Shown here: positions 63,870-64,000 of the stretch, piece after piece
How positions within the stretch are numbered: position 1 is the first letter of the stretch
Layout of the letters: every line of letters begins with the position of its first letter
NCBI GenBank assembly: GCA_030532405.1
Contig: JAUNLF010000004.1
Location: forward strand, 62,342-126,341
Length of the DNA stretch: 64,000 bases
From: Actinomycetaceae bacterium
GTDB taxonomy: Bacteria; Actinomycetota; Actinomycetes; Actinomycetales; Actinomycetaceae
Direction: 5' to 3'
Notes under the pieces: generated by a model
What the model saw: the letters and a program-made list of their open reading frames with translations, nothing else
Database searches by the model: none
What the model was told of the DNA's origin: nothing
Made by a program: the position numbers and the translations under genes

Positions 63870-64000
63870 ATGGCATTCACCGGATTTAAGAAGGCAGTCA
63901 ACACCACGGACCCCAAGTACAAGAATCTTGCTATTGGAGTCTGTCCCGACCAGTGGGGCGTGTGGTTCCCCGAAGATGAAAAGCAAATGGATCCGCGCCA
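63870..64000 (+). CDS. Partial CDS (N-terminus only), probably an IolE-like inosose dehydratase / TIM-barrel sugar isomerase
   Basis: The ATG at 63870 is preceded by AAGAGGAG. The protein begins MAFTGFKKAVNTTDPKYKNLAIGVCPDQWGVWFPEDEKQMDP and runs off the window. The family call rests on the CPDQWGVWFP segment and on context. Confidence 0.5.
   Translation, partial: MAFTGFKKAVNTTDPKYKNLAIGVCPDQWGVWFPEDEKQMDPR

Noticed and set aside
1-64000. CRISPR arrays, tRNA/rRNA genes, IS elements, integrases and prophage genes.
   Set aside because: No regularly spaced direct repeats, cloverleaf-like segments or transposase/recombinase-like ORFs were seen in any intergenic region or ORF translation.

Overview
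High-GC actinobacterial chromosome segment, probably Actinomycetales/Actinomycetaceae-like; I cannot name the species from sequence alone. It looks origin-proximal because it carries the conserved blocks DUF6049-like/Nudix/cca, a class A PBP, rpsF-ssb-rpsR-rplI and dnaB. I support about 55 protein genes.

Gene content from left to right:
- Housekeeping block, 1-10.7 kb.
- pdxK/thiD-type kinase.
- LLM monooxygenase, FMN reductase and MarR trio.
- Four-gene 2-oxoacid oxidoreductase cluster whose last gene fuses a GltD-like NAD(P)H flavoprotein to a 2x[4Fe-4S] ferredoxin.
- GT2 glycosyltransferase.
- A ~2 kb low-GC insertion, 21.08-23.10 kb. It holds an orphan Phd/YefM antitoxin and an AlbA_2/HATPase/wHTH protein, partitioned by three copies of a ~70-nt hairpin repeat with XerD-arm-like sequence.
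- A long co-directional minus-strand cluster: gnd, PfkB kinase, larA-larE-larB-larC, lacI, uxaC and uxuB-like.
- A His-rich radical SAM/SPASM enzyme with a GntR regulator.
- A lipoprotein and a TauE exporter.
- A LacI, malic enzyme and DASS transporter module, translationally coupled to a cytoplasmic cNMP-binding histidine kinase plus a stand-alone receiver.
- A large split myo-inositol (iol) catabolic region, 50-64 kb.

I found no rRNA, tRNA, CRISPR array, transposase or integrase.

Most interesting leads:
1. The repeat-delimited two-cassette island.
2. The nickel-pincer (Lar) genes embedded in a hexuronate/gluconate cluster, which suggests a mannonate/gluconate 2-epimerase bypass.
3. A dense DnaA-box cluster in front of dnaB.
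4. The PFOR-GltD/ferredoxin fusion.
5. The transporter-coupled cNMP histidine kinase.

All functional calls come from motif recognition by eye. No database search was run.
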